From contig JBGAON010000001.1 in assembly GCA_044221725.1 (NCBI GenBank), positions 806,954-870,953 on the forward strand: 64,000 bases of DNA, written 5' to 3'. Origin of the DNA: Elusimicrobiota bacterium. Lineage in GTDB: Bacteria > Elusimicrobiota > Elusimicrobia > F11. The position numbers and the translations under genes were made by a program. Below the pieces are notes generated by a model. The model saw only the letters and a program-made list of their open reading frames with translations. It made no database searches and was not told where the DNA came from. Shown here piece after piece: positions 1-9,627 of this stretch. The first letter of the stretch is position 1. Each line of letters opens with the position of its first letter.

Positions 1-1
1 C

Positions 2-2239
2 ACGGCTTATTCGGCAAGCGCCCGGCTTTTGGCTGGAATGGAAATACTTCAAAAACAGACGGATGCAAGATTGGGAGATGTAATTTCACTCGCGAAGAAC
101 AGCGCCGAGTTCGCGCAGGCGGCCGTCATGCGCGAAGATTTTCGTCGGAGTGCGTGGACCGGGTTAAGCGTCAGCGCCGAGAACGCTCATCCTATCGGCT
201 CCACGCTTCTCATGGTTATCCCGATTCAGGTCCGTCTGCCCAACGGAGCGGTGGTGAAGAAGGCCGTGATCGTCAGTCACGGGGACTCTGCCATTATCGT
301 CGTGAAGAAGGATGGTCGGTATGCCCGGGTCACGGACGTTGACAACGTTGCCGGAACCGTGACGCGAGAAAACGCGACGTTGCCGAAAGCGAAAAAGATA
401 GAAGTGCCCGAAAATCCACACGGGATTTGGGCCGAAATTACGTCGCATATCGGTATGAACAAATTTAAGTGGAATCCGCACAATGTTCGGATTGTCGATC
501 TTGACATCGGCGACCGCATTCTTGCGATGACGGACGGCGTTTCTGGGAATCTCTCCGATAAAGAGATCGCCGAGCACGTGCTAAAAGAGCCAAATCCATT
601 CGACCATGTCGCGACGATCCATCGGGAATCAATGGAACGCGGGGCGGCGCACCGAGCCAATCACGATTTGCCGGGGCACAGCGACGACGTGTCGATGGTG
701 TCGCTCGCCGTCGACGAAACGTTTGGACAACATTTAATCGTGGATGAGAACACCGCGTTGTCGGTGGAATGGACTCGGCCGTTGCTTTATAAGCGTAAGC
801 AGATGGCAGAAGTGTACACGACGCCGGCGAATATCAACATTGGGGGTATTGGATTAACGCTGAATGCCAACGCCCACCATTTTCACGTCGACAGCGAAAC
901 GGTCGGGCACGATCCCGTCGTGGATCCGGCGCAGATGATCGTTACTCATCCGATAAAGATCGGTCGAGAAAAAGCAAGCGTGGATATGGCTGTGCGGTCC
1001 GATAAGGTTTCAAAAAAACATCTGGAGCTTACGCCGGGAGTGGTGTTGCAAGTTGCAGATCCGTCAACAAATGGTACGTACTTCTTTGACGCGCCCTGGC
1101 CCAATCGACGATTGGGGCTTTTGGCAGAACCATCTTTAACCACTTTGCGCACGCTTCGTTTGGTTCAACGATTCGCGCGCTTCGTTCCGCGGGCGTTCGG
1201 TTTGCGTGTGGCTGTGCGAACGCTCCTTATTCTCGCCGTGGAATTCCCGAGGTTCTTTGTTCCGACCGTGACGTTTCGCGATCAGCACTTTGAGTCGACC
1301 ACGCTCGCGAACACGGCCGAAAATCGAGTTAAAGTTCGTAATCGGATTTTGTTGATCACCGTCTTGTCGGTGGCGATTTCGATGCTTGGCGTCGTTCCGG
1401 CGTTTGCATCGGAGATGTCGACGGCGAACCGGTTGTTGATTTCCGGCGCATCGCTTTTGGCGGGCAATTTCGTCGCGCACGCGCCATTTGTTGAGCAACA
1501 GACCGGGCGGATTGCGGATGTGCTCGGAGAGTTCGAACACGATCAAGTGCTCTCCAAGACAGCGGTGGCGGACCTGGTTAAAATTTTGAGCCCGACAGCC
1601 GACCGCTCGTTGGGTCTTAAAGACGCGTTGACCGCTCGCGCGATCGACGGATTGGCTCGAAATCTCACGCGCGGAAATGTGGTGGACGTTTTCCCAGCGC
1701 TTAATTTGCTGCAAACCAAGCAGCGGCAGGCCGTTCGCATTGATTCTCTATCAAGGCTTGCCGCTGTTGAGAGTGGTCGTGTTGTCCCGCGACTCGAAAT
1801 CTCCGGCGCAAAAACGGTTGATGAGTTGTGGAGAGAAATCAACTCGATAAACACCTGGTCGAACACGAACAAGAAAAAAGTGACGCTGGCCTTTGATGAT
1901 CGTCTGCTGGCGCAAGCGCGCGCGCAAGGTCCGATGCGTACGAATAGGAATTTAACCATCATCGCACACTCCGCAGTCCCGCAGTCAAAGATCGATCTTG
2001 CTCGGATGTTTGGAATGCGGGAATTGGACATGCGCCGTTTGGAGTTGGTGGTGTCGCGCCGCGTGCGCATGACGCACGAAATGGAAGCGCGCATTCAGAC
2101 CGTGCGCACGCTGGCGCATCTCGAAGTGAATTTGTACCTGCTTGTTGACGAGGCGCTGCGCATCGCAATTCCAATCGAACCGAAAGACTTGTCCGAATTC
2201 TCTGAGTTGCAACGCCGGCTTATTGATTCTCAGGCGTAA
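2..2239 (+). CDS. 5'-truncated large protein: PP2C/PPM-type Ser/Thr phosphatase domain, FHA-like domain, hydrophobic/TM segments and an unknown C-terminal region
   Basis: Frame is open from base 2, upstream of the tracked TTG at 29. PP2C motifs HGDS, LAMTDGV and HSDDVSMV. FHA-like IGR..S..H..STNGTY. Hydrophobic stretches at about aa 390-490 of the tracked ORF. Confidence 0.7.
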   Translation, partial: TAYSASARLLAGMEILQKQTDARLGDVISLAKNSAEFAQAAVMREDFRRSAWTGLSVSAENAHPIGSTLLMVIPIQVRLPNGAVVKKAVIVSHGDSAIIVVKKDGRYARVTDVDNVAGTVTRENATLPKAKKIEVPENPHGIWAEITSHIGMNKFKWNPHNVRIVDLDIGDRILAMTDGVSGNLSDKEIAEHVLKEPNPFDHVATIHRESMERGAAHRANHDLPGHSDDVSMVSLAVDETFGQHLIVDENTALSVEWTRPLLYKRKQMAEVYTTPANINIGGIGLTLNANAHHFHVDSETVGHDPVVDPAQMIVTHPIKIGREKASVDMAVRSDKVSKKHLELTPGVVLQVADPSTNGTYFFDAPWPNRRLGLLAEPSLTTLRTLRLVQRFARFVPRAFGLRVAVRTLLILAVEFPRFFVPTVTFRDQHFESTTLANTAENRVKVRNRILLITVLSVAISMLGVVPAFASEMSTANRLLISGASLLAGNFVAHAPFVEQQTGRIADVLGEFEHDQVLSKTAVADLVKILSPTADRSLGLKDALTARAIDGLARNLTRGNVVDVFPALNLLQTKQRQAVRIDSLSRLAAVESGRVVPRLEISGAKTVDELWREINSINTWSNTNKKKVTLAFDDRLLAQARAQGPMRTNRNLTIIAHSAVPQSKIDLARMFGMRELDMRRLELVVSRRVRMTHEMEARIQTVRTLAHLEVNLYLLVDEALRIAIPIEPKDLSEFSELQRRLIDSQA

Positions 2240-2240
2240 A

Positions 2241-2249
2241 TGTTATGAT
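2241..2249 (+). promoter_or_regulatory. Possible extended -10 promoter (TGtTATGAT) for the tRNA pair
   Basis: TGn plus TATGAT ending 16 nt before the first tRNA. Confidence 0.4.
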
Positions 2250-2265
2250 CCGACCTCTTTCATCT

Positions 2266-2339
2266 GGGCCCATAGCTCAGTTGGTTAGAGCACTCCGCTC
2301 ATAACGGATTGGTCGGTGGTTCAAGTCCACCTGGGCCCA
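2266..2339 (+). tRNA. tRNA with CAT anticodon, most likely tRNA-Ile2 (lysidine-modified); elongator Met not excluded
   Basis: Acceptor stem GGGCCCA/TGGGCCC, D-arm AGCTCAGTTGGTTAGAGC, anticodon loop CTCATAA, T-arm GGTTCAAGTCC. No encoded CCA. Confidence 0.9.
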
Positions 2340-2342
2340 TAC

Positions 2343-2414
2343 GGGCAGTTAGCTCAGCGGGAGAGCGCTCGCCTCACACGCGAGAGGTCATAGGTTCAAT
2401 CCCTATACTGCCCA
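2343..2414 (+). tRNA. tRNA-Val(CAC)
   Basis: Acceptor stem GGGCAGT/ACTGCCC, anticodon arm CTCGC-CTCACAC-GCGAG, T-loop GTTCAATC. No encoded CCA. Confidence 0.93.
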
Positions 2415-2434
2415 AATTTTTATACCATCGTTTT

Positions 2435-3184
2435 ATGACCACCGACCTTTCTTTTCTCATCGAGTTGCAAAAACACGATGCTGCCGTCGATGAAGCCCGC
2501 GCGAAAGCCGAAACTCTCACACCGCTGATACAGAAGAAAAACCACCAAATTGAAACGTTAAAAGCCGACCTCAAAGGCGCGAAAGATGCGCTGTCGAAAC
2601 ACCAAGTTAAAAAAAAGCAACTCGAACTCGACGCCGAAGCGCAAGAGAAGCTTGTTCAGAAACACCAATCCGAATTGAATTCGCTGAAAAGCAACGACGC
2701 GTACAAAGCAATGCTCGGCGAAATTCAAGCAGCGAAAGACGCCGTGGTGAAAATTGAAGACCAAATCCTCGATCTGATGGCCGAAGTGGACGCCGATGAC
2801 AAAAAATACAAAGAGCTCGAGAAGAAATTTAAAACCGATGAAGCGGCCGTAAAGTCCGAAATTCAAAATCTTGAATCGGAGAAGTCGGCGCTGTTGGCCG
2901 ATGCAAAGAAGAGAGAAGAAGACCGCAACGCCTTCGCCGCCTCGGTACCGCCCGCGCTGTTATCGCAATACGAACTCATCCGCGAAAAAGGCGGCGGGCT
3001 CGCCATTGTTCCAATGATTAATAGTACCTGTGGCGGTTGCCACATGTCGCTCACGCAGGCGAAAGCGAACGATGTCCGCAAAGCGAAATCCATGGTGCTT
3101 TGCGATTCGTGCAGCCGCATCCTTTATTTGCCCGCCGAACAAGTCGCTCCCGCAGCACCCGCAGAAGCCGCACCCGCCAACTAA
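2435..3184 (+). CDS. Coiled-coil plus C4 zinc-ribbon protein (DUF164/CT398-like)
   Basis: Long coiled coil followed by CGGC...CDSCSRILY. The true start is taken as ATG 2435 because the tracked ORF extends through the tRNAs. Confidence 0.85.
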   Translation: MTTDLSFLIELQKHDAAVDEARAKAETLTPLIQKKNHQIETLKADLKGAKDALSKHQVKKKQLELDAEAQEKLVQKHQSELNSLKSNDAYKAMLGEIQAAKDAVVKIEDQILDLMAEVDADDKKYKELEKKFKTDEAAVKSEIQNLESEKSALLADAKKREEDRNAFAASVPPALLSQYELIREKGGGLAIVPMINSTCGGCHMSLTQAKANDVRKAKSMVLCDSCSRILYLPAEQVAPAAPAEAAPAN

Positions 3185-3278
3185 ATAACCGCAAAACATC
3201 ATACGCCGTCATCCCGGCCCGACCGTCGCTGTGATTGTTGGGTACTTTCCTGTCGCATCCCTTCCTATTTCTTTTTCA

Positions 3279-3307
3279 TTGACACCCGTATTTTCACCTA
3301 TTAAACT
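3279..3307 (+). promoter_or_regulatory. Sigma70-type promoter of the dcw operon
   Basis: TTGACA (3279-3284), 17-bp spacer, TAAACT (3302-3307). Confidence 0.75.
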
Positions 3308-3309
3308 GC

Positions 3310-3368
3310 GTGGACAATTGTGGCTAAAAGTGGCGAATTGTGGATAACTCTGTGGACGGTGGGGATAA
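3310..3368 (+). promoter_or_regulatory. MraZ-binding GTGG direct repeats overlapping DnaA-box-like 9-mers
   Basis: GTGG at 3310, 3320, 3330 and 3340 (exact 10-bp period), plus 3352 and 3359. TGTGGATAA at 3339-3347 is a perfect DnaA box; TGTGGCTAA (3319) and TGGGGATAA (3360) each have one mismatch. Confidence 0.7.
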
Positions 3369-3377
3369 CTCAAAGGA

Positions 3378-3824
3378 GTGGTGGCTTTGTTTCTAGGGAC
3401 GTACGAATACACGATCGATGCGAAGGGACGGCTGTTTCTCCCAGCGAAATTGCGCGAAGGCGAACTCACAAAAGGTGGAAACTTTGTGGTGACGCGTGGG
3501 CTCGAGAACTGTTTGTACATCTACGACACCGAAACGTTTCATGGCCCCGTCTTAAAACGCCTCGAAAATTTGCAAGTGAAGAACCAGCAGGATGGCCGTG
3601 CGTTCAAGCGGCTTTTGCTGGCCGGCGCGCAGGAAGTTTCGCTTGATGAAATGGGCCGCGTGATCGTCCCGAAGACGCTCATTGATTACGCGGATTTGAA
3701 AAAAGATGTGGTTTTGCTTGGCGTAGGGGAACGCATCGAACTTTGGTCCGCCGCGCGTTGGACCGCGTACAGCAAGAAAGCGGCCAGCACGTTCCAGAAA
3801 ATGGGCAAGCATTTGGAAATATGA
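3378..3824 (+). CDS. mraZ: Division/cell-wall cluster transcriptional repressor MraZ
   Basis: Two DxxGR motifs (DAKGR, DEMGR) and first position in the dcw cluster. The start may be GTG 3381 or TTG 3387 given the AAGGAG position. Confidence 0.95.
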   Translation: MVALFLGTYEYTIDAKGRLFLPAKLREGELTKGGNFVVTRGLENCLYIYDTETFHGPVLKRLENLQVKNQQDGRAFKRLLLAGAQEVSLDEMGRVIVPKTLIDYADLKKDVVLLGVGERIELWSAARWTAYSKKAASTFQKMGKHLEI

Positions 3825-3828
3825 CGAC

Positions 3829-3945
3829 GTCATTGCGAGGTCCCATCCTTAATGAACATTAATAAGAAGGGGCCGAAGCAATCTTCCGTAGGGATTGGTT
3901 CTCCAGCACCAATTTATGAATTCAATGATGCTGGCTCGCAATGAC
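3829..3945. repeat. Palindromic REP/MITE-like element with GTCATTGCGAG...CTCGCAATGAC terminal inverted repeats
   Basis: Perfect 11-bp TIRs at 3829-3839 and 3935-3945, with internal GAAGCAATC / GATTGGTTC near-complement. Confidence 0.75.
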
Positions 3946-3951
3946 ACACGC

Positions 3952-4839
3952 ATGCACAAAAGCGTCTTGCTCAATGAAACAATCGATTTTCTCAACATTC
4001 AGCCGAACGGTTTTTATGTCGATGGCACATTGGGGCTTGGCGGTCACGCCGAAGCCATCCTTGCGAGGTTAAACAATGACGGTCGATTACTTGGGCTTGA
4101 TGTGGATTCTCAGAATCTGGAAAAGGCACGCGAACGGCTCAAGCCGTTTGGACAGCGAGTTCATTTAAAGCAAAAGAATTTTCGCGACGTCGGGTTCGCG
4201 CTCGATGAGTTGGCGTGGCCGGAAGTCGATGGCATGTTGTTCGACTTGGGTGTCGCCAGCCCACAGATCGATGTCGCCGAGCGGGGGCTTAGTTTTCAGT
4301 CCGAAGGTCCGCTCGATATGCGGTTGGACCAGAGTGGGAAAGAGACGGCGCTGACGCTGCTCCACAAGATGGACGAGCGCGCATTGGAATCGGTGCTGCA
4401 CGAATTTGGGGAAGAGCGGTTCGCTCGGAAACTCAGTCGAAGTATTTTGGCAGCGGTGGCAGCGGGCGCTGTTAAGACAACGAAGGATTTGGCCGCGGTT
4501 TGCGAGCGAGCGATCGGCCGGCACGGAAAAACGCATCCGGCAACGCGTGTTTTTCTGGCGCTGCGCGCCACCGTGAACGATGAACTTGGCGCGTTGCGAT
4601 CGATGTTGGCGGTGGCACCCGCGCGACTTAAAAAGGGAGGACGATTGGCCATCATTTCGTTTCACTCGTTGGAAGATCGAATGGTGAAAGAAACGTTCCG
4701 GTCGCTCACGAACGAGAATTCATCCCCAAAACAATTTTCCCTTCTCACGAAAAAACCCGTTGTTCCGTCCGACGCCGAACAATCCGAAAATCCACGCTCC
4801 CGCAGCGCGAAATTGCGCGTGATCGAAAGGACGGCCTGA
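3952..4839 (+). CDS. rsmH: 16S rRNA C1402 N4-methyltransferase RsmH
   Basis: HKSVLL, DGTLGLGGH, DLGVAS, PLDMR, ISFHSLEDR, NPRSRSAKLR. Confidence 0.96.
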   Translation: MHKSVLLNETIDFLNIQPNGFYVDGTLGLGGHAEAILARLNNDGRLLGLDVDSQNLEKARERLKPFGQRVHLKQKNFRDVGFALDELAWPEVDGMLFDLGVASPQIDVAERGLSFQSEGPLDMRLDQSGKETALTLLHKMDERALESVLHEFGEERFARKLSRSILAAVAAGAVKTTKDLAAVCERAIGRHGKTHPATRVFLALRATVNDELGALRSMLAVAPARLKKGGRLAIISFHSLEDRMVKETFRSLTNENSSPKQFSLLTKKPVVPSDAEQSENPRSRSAKLRVIERTA

Positions 4840-4840
4840 T

Positions 4841-5131
4841 ATGCGCGAAAGAAACTCGGCGGCCACATACGAGCCGTTGCGTCGTGTGGGCACTGTGTTT
4901 GGGATCGCCGGTGCGTTGCTTTTCATGCGCGTGTGGTGGCCCATTCAAGCGGAACGCAATTTGCAGAAGCTGCGCAAAGTAGAAACCCAAATCTTTCAGA
5001 AAAAATCAGAGCTCAATATATTGAACGAGCGTTACTCTGCGATGACGTCTCTCACCGTGCTCGATCAATGGGCCAAAAAACATGGGACCTGGGTGCCCGC
5101 TGGTGCGAACAATGTCATTCCGATCGAATAA
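4841..5131 (+). CDS. ftsL: FtsL-like cell division protein
   Basis: Small bitopic protein with a TM helix and leucine-zipper-like coil, located between rsmH and the PBP gene. Confidence 0.65.
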   Translation: MRERNSAATYEPLRRVGTVFGIAGALLFMRVWWPIQAERNLQKLRKVETQIFQKKSELNILNERYSAMTSLTVLDQWAKKHGTWVPAGANNVIPIE

Positions 5132-6818
5132 GAAAGCATCGTTCGTTGCGCCGATTCACGGTCGCTTCTTCGCTGTGCGGGCCGGCGTATTTTTTATTTT
5201 TGCGATGCTGGCCGCGCGCCTTGTTTATGTGCAAGGCGTTCTGCGCAGCGATCTGCAATTGCGGGCGGACCGTCAGTGCCCCGTGAACGTGACCCAAAAT
5301 TCCGTTCGTTATCGCATCGCGGACCGCAACGGGTCAACGCTCGCTGAAACCGTTGAGGTTGCGTCGTGTTTTGTTGATCCCTCGCTTGTGCCGAACAAGC
5401 CAGCGCTCGCCAAGAAATTGGCGCCGATGCTCGGTTTGTCGGAATCCGCGCTCGAAACAAAATTGCGCAAAGCAAAAGGTTCGTTTGTTTGGATCAAACG
5501 TGATGTTCCGGCCACTGTTGTGCCGGTCATTAAGGAAAAGAAATTTCCGGGCGTCGCGTTTATGCAAGAGAAACGCCGGCACTACCCGATGGGCGTAATG
5601 GCCGCGCATCTCCTTGGATTTGTGGGACACGAGGGAGTGGGGCTTTCCGGAATTGAGAGCAATTTGAATCAGGTGCTCACACCAGCCGTCGACGACGAGA
5701 ATGTTCCGGCTAAGAAAGACGCACGACCCGTCGGCAATGTTCAATTAACAATTGATAGTTCGATTCAGCAGATTTGCGAGCGCGAGCTCGAATGGGGAGC
5801 AAAAAAAACGGGCGCCAAGAAAGCGATGGTCGTCGTACAAAATCCGTGGAGTGGAGAAATACTCGCGATGGCGTCGTGGCCGCCGGTGTCGTTGGATCCG
5901 GATCAGCCGTCGCCGCCCGGCGAATTGCGCGTGCCAACCATCGTCGATGTGTTTGAGCCCGGTTCCACTTTTAAAGTCGTGACCGCCGCGGCGGCAATTG
6001 AGGAAAAGTTGGTTTCCGATCGTGATGTGTTCGATGGCGAAAACGGCGCTTGGAAAGTGGCCGACATTACCATTCACGATCACGAGCCGCTCCGTCGCAT
6101 GACGTTCGATGACATTATTGTTCACTCCTCGAACATCGGCACGGCAAAAATCGCCGAACGCATCGGCTCGGCGCGGTTGTATCAATACGCTCGACTTTTT
6201 GGTTTTGGCGTGCAACCGGGCACCGGTTTGATTGGTGAGGCGAAAGGAATTTTGCGGCCGCCGAACAAATGGAGTGGCGTTTCGAAATACGTGGTGTCGT
6301 TCGGCCAAGAAATTAGCGTGACCGCGATCCAACTGGTGGGCGCCTATTCGGCGATTGCGAACGGTGGAGTCTTGATGGAGCCGCGAATAATCAAGGACAT
6401 TGTGTCGGAGAATGGCGACGTTCTCTGGAACCAACCCGCCGCTGAAGTGCGCCGCGTGGTTGCACCGGAGACCGCAAAAAAGCTCACGTCGATGCTGACC
6501 AAAGTCGTCGAGAAAGGAACCGGTGTGAACGCGCAAATTCAGTGGGACCCTTCAACGAAGGTCGCTGGAAAAACCGGAACCGCTCAGAAATGGGACAGCG
6601 TGCGCCACCGTTATCACGATTTGTTGGCGTTGGTTTCGTTCTGTGGATTTTTTCCCGTGGATCATCCGAAACTAACCATGCTCGTTATTTTGGATGAGCC
6701 CGAAGGGCGCCGCTTTGGCGGTTTGGACGCCGCGCCAATTTTCCGGCGCATTGCCGAACAATTGAGCCCGCGGCTTTTAGCGCTCGAAAACGAAACCGGG
6801 GTTTCGAAACCTTCATGA
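5112..6818 (+). CDS. ftsI: Class B penicillin-binding protein FtsI (PBP3)
   Basis: N-terminal TM, IADRNG, RHYPMG, GLSGIE; transpeptidase motifs STFK, SSN, KTG. Confidence 0.92.
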   Translation: MSFRSNKKASFVAPIHGRFFAVRAGVFFIFAMLAARLVYVQGVLRSDLQLRADRQCPVNVTQNSVRYRIADRNGSTLAETVEVASCFVDPSLVPNKPALAKKLAPMLGLSESALETKLRKAKGSFVWIKRDVPATVVPVIKEKKFPGVAFMQEKRRHYPMGVMAAHLLGFVGHEGVGLSGIESNLNQVLTPAVDDENVPAKKDARPVGNVQLTIDSSIQQICERELEWGAKKTGAKKAMVVVQNPWSGEILAMASWPPVSLDPDQPSPPGELRVPTIVDVFEPGSTFKVVTAAAAIEEKLVSDRDVFDGENGAWKVADITIHDHEPLRRMTFDDIIVHSSNIGTAKIAERIGSARLYQYARLFGFGVQPGTGLIGEAKGILRPPNKWSGVSKYVVSFGQEISVTAIQLVGAYSAIANGGVLMEPRIIKDIVSENGDVLWNQPAAEVRRVVAPETAKKLTSMLTKVVEKGTGVNAQIQWDPSTKVAGKTGTAQKWDSVRHRYHDLLALVSFCGFFPVDHPKLTMLVILDEPEGRRFGGLDAAPIFRRIAEQLSPRLLALENETGVSKPS

Positions 6819-8257
6819 AGCTGCGCGATCTTTTGGCCGCCGCGAAAGCGGATTCCCGCAGCGATGCCGATAGAGAGGTGACCGGACTCGCTTACGATTC
6901 GCGTCTCGTCAAAAAAGGCGATCTTTTCTTTGCCATAAAAGGTGTGCACAGCGACGGTCATGATTTCGTAAATGATGTGGCCGCCAGAGGCGCTGTCGCG
7001 GCGATCGTTGAGAAACCAGTTTCCGCCAAAATACCGACACTTCAAGAGCGATCGGTGTTGCGCGCGATGTCAAAAATTTCGGCTGTTTTCTTTGATCGGC
7101 CCTCCGAAAAAATTCCGGTGATTGGTATCACGGGGACGAACGGAAAAACCACCACAACGTACATCATTGAGGAAATTCTTGCGTCGGCGGGGAAAACCTG
7201 CGGCGTGCTTGGAACCGTGAATTACCGCATCGGAAGCGATATTCGCCCGGCCCCGAACACAACTCCGATGTCACTCGACGTGCAGCAATTTCTCGCCGAC
7301 ACCGTGCAACGGAAATGCGCGGCGGTTGCCATGGAAGTATCGTCGCATGCGCTCGAGCTTAACCGCGTTGATGACGTTACGTTCGCGGTCGGTGTTTTCA
7401 CGAACCTCACACAGGATCATTTGGATTTTCATGGAACGATGGATCGTTATTTTGAGGCGAAACGAAAACTGTTTAAACGGCCCGAACCGGTCACGCCGGT
7501 CATCAACGTGGACGATGAGTACGGCGTGCGCTTGGCGAAAGAATTTCCGAGCGCGATCACGTTCGGCCAAAGCGAAGCGGCGCGGCTGCGCGCGAGCGCG
7601 ATTTCTTCCAATCTTAAAGGGATTCGTTTCCAACTCACATTTCCGTCAAAGATTTCGTATGAGATAGCGAACAATTTGTTGGGCCATCACAATATTTCAA
7701 ATTGTTTGGCGGCCGCCGGTGCGCTGTTCGCGTTTGGACTGAAAGAAAGCGACATCGTGAAAGGTTTAAATCAGACACTGGCCGTGCCCGGTCGGCTCGA
7801 GCGCGTGGAGGCCGGACAAAAATTTGTGGTGGCCGTTGATTACGCGCACACGCACGATGCGCTTGCTCAGGTTTTGACCACACTGCGCAACACGAACCCA
7901 AAAAATCTCATCTGTGTCTTCGGTGCCGGCGGCGACCGCGACAAAACAAAGCGACCGAAGATGGGCGAGGTGTCGGTTCGGTTGGCGGACAAAGTTTTCG
8001 TGACGTCGGACAATCCGCGCTCCGAAGATCCGAAAATGATCATGAAAGATATTGAGGCCGGAATTAAGAAGACCGGCAAAAAAAATTACACGCTGATTGA
8101 AGACCGCGAAGAAGCGATTCGGCAGGCCGTGAAAGCCGCGGGTCCCGAAGACATCGTGCTCATCGCTGGTAAAGGACACGAGACCTATCAGATTTACGGA
8201 ACAAAGAAGATTCATTTCTCAGATTTGGAAGTCGCCAGCAAGGTTCTCCGTCAATGA
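6815..8257 (+). CDS. murE: UDP-MurNAc-tripeptide synthetase MurE (mDAP type)
   Basis: GTNGKTT, EVSSH, DYAHT, DNPR, AGKGHE. Confidence 0.96.
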   Translation: MKLRDLLAAAKADSRSDADREVTGLAYDSRLVKKGDLFFAIKGVHSDGHDFVNDVAARGAVAAIVEKPVSAKIPTLQERSVLRAMSKISAVFFDRPSEKIPVIGITGTNGKTTTTYIIEEILASAGKTCGVLGTVNYRIGSDIRPAPNTTPMSLDVQQFLADTVQRKCAAVAMEVSSHALELNRVDDVTFAVGVFTNLTQDHLDFHGTMDRYFEAKRKLFKRPEPVTPVINVDDEYGVRLAKEFPSAITFGQSEAARLRASAISSNLKGIRFQLTFPSKISYEIANNLLGHHNISNCLAAAGALFAFGLKESDIVKGLNQTLAVPGRLERVEAGQKFVVAVDYAHTHDALAQVLTTLRNTNPKNLICVFGAGGDRDKTKRPKMGEVSVRLADKVFVTSDNPRSEDPKMIMKDIEAGIKKTGKKNYTLIEDREEAIRQAVKAAGPEDIVLIAGKGHETYQIYGTKKIHFSDLEVASKVLRQ

Positions 8258-9627
8258 ACGCCACCATTAAAGATATCACGAATGTTTTGCACGGTCAGTT
8301 GATTCTTGGGGATCCCAAGGCGGTTGTGTCGGGCGCGGCCGTCGATTCACGGCAAGTGGAACCCGGTATTTTGTTTTTTGCGTTTAAAGGAGAGAAACAG
8401 GACGGTCACGATTTCGCGTTGAACGCGAGCCGCCAAGGCGCGTCCGGTGTTGTTGTCACCCATTTGGATTGGATGAAACACGATCCGAATCTCACGACCG
8501 CCGTCATCCGTGTTCAAGAGCCAATCGAGGCATTGCGATTTCTTGGTCAACATCTGCGCAATTCGTTTAAGGGGCCGGTCGTTGGCATCACCGGTTCAAA
8601 CGGTAAAACGACCACGAAGCAGATGGTCACGCGAATTTTGCAGACGCTGGGACCCGGTTTGTCGACGCCCGGTAACTACAACAGTCAAATCGGTTTGCCG
8701 CTCGCGTTGTCCAAATTGCGACCGGAATACAAATGGATGGTTTTGGAAATGGGAGCGTCCGCGCCTGGAAATATTGCGGCGCTTGCCGAAATTGCACGGC
8801 CGACGGTGGGCGTGATCACCAGCATTGGCCCCGCGCATCTTGAAACGTTCGGATCCATCGAGCGCGTGGCCGATACGAAATGGGAACTCATGGATTCTCT
8901 TCCGACCGATGGGACAGCGATCGTGCCTTGGGCCGAACCGCATCTGGAGCGGCTGGTGCGAAGCTTTAAGAAAAAGATTGTCTATTTCGGAGATTCGTCG
9001 TCGTGTCCCGTTCGCGCAACGGCTGTTGAAGTTGGCGAGAGCACAAAGTTTATGCTTCATATCGCATCTCAGAACGCGCCGGTGACGCTGAAGTTGCCCG
9101 GGCGTCACAACGTGACGAACGCACTGGCCGCGGCGGCCGCCGGTTGGGTGCTTGGTTGCACCTTCACACAGATTGTCGATGGTCTCGAAAATTTCGAGCC
9201 TCCCAAAATGCGCATGCAGATCGTTCCTCATGCATCGGGGGCCGTGCTCGTGAACGATGCGTACAACGCAAACCCCGCGTCGATGTTGGTCGCGGTGCGT
9301 TCGCTTGTTGAAACATACCCAACCAAAAAGCGCGTGCTTGTGATCGGATCAATGAAGGAATTGGGTTCCGAGTCCGAGAAATACCACTTTCATATTGGCG
9401 TCGAGCTCGCACACTTCCCATTGGAGAAAGTCTTTCTCGTGGGCCCCGAAACAAAACAGATCCTTGAGGGGGCCATCTCGGCCGGCGCGCCGAAAGAAAA
9501 GTTTTCGCTGTTCGAAACAGCCGCGGACGCGGCCGGTGCCGTGAAACCGTATGTTCAACCGAACACCGTAGTTTTCTTTAAGGGCTCGCGCAGCGTCCAG
9601 CTGGAGAAAGTGGTGGAGCTGCTGTAA
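8254..9627 (+). CDS. murF: UDP-MurNAc-pentapeptide synthetase MurF
   Basis: GSNGKTTTK, LEMG, NDAYNANP, KGSR. Confidence 0.96.
   Translation: MNATIKDITNVLHGQLILGDPKAVVSGAAVDSRQVEPGILFFAFKGEKQDGHDFALNASRQGASGVVVTHLDWMKHDPNLTTAVIRVQEPIEALRFLGQHLRNSFKGPVVGITGSNGKTTTKQMVTRILQTLGPGLSTPGNYNSQIGLPLALSKLRPEYKWMVLEMGASAPGNIAALAEIARPTVGVITSIGPAHLETFGSIERVADTKWELMDSLPTDGTAIVPWAEPHLERLVRSFKKKIVYFGDSSSCPVRATAVEVGESTKFMLHIASQNAPVTLKLPGRHNVTNALAAAAAGWVLGCTFTQIVDGLENFEPPKMRMQIVPHASGAVLVNDAYNANPASMLVAVRSLVETYPTKKRVLVIGSMKELGSESEKYHFHIGVELAHFPLEKVFLVGPETKQILEGAISAGAPKEKFSLFETAADAAGAVKPYVQPNTVVFFKGSRSVQLEKVVELL

Noticed and set aside
2309..2434. N-terminal 42 codons of the tracked ORF 2309..3184
   Set aside because: They overlap two well-formed tRNAs; ATG 2435 is the plausible start.
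3207..3225. CGTCATCCCGGCCCGACCG, resembling the left end of a palindromic element
   Set aside because: No matching right arm was found; at most a remnant.
3310..3368. Possible oriC or CRISPR-like repeats
   Set aside because: The repeats are only 4-9 bp, there is no dnaA or unwinding element nearby, and the location fits an mraZ operator.
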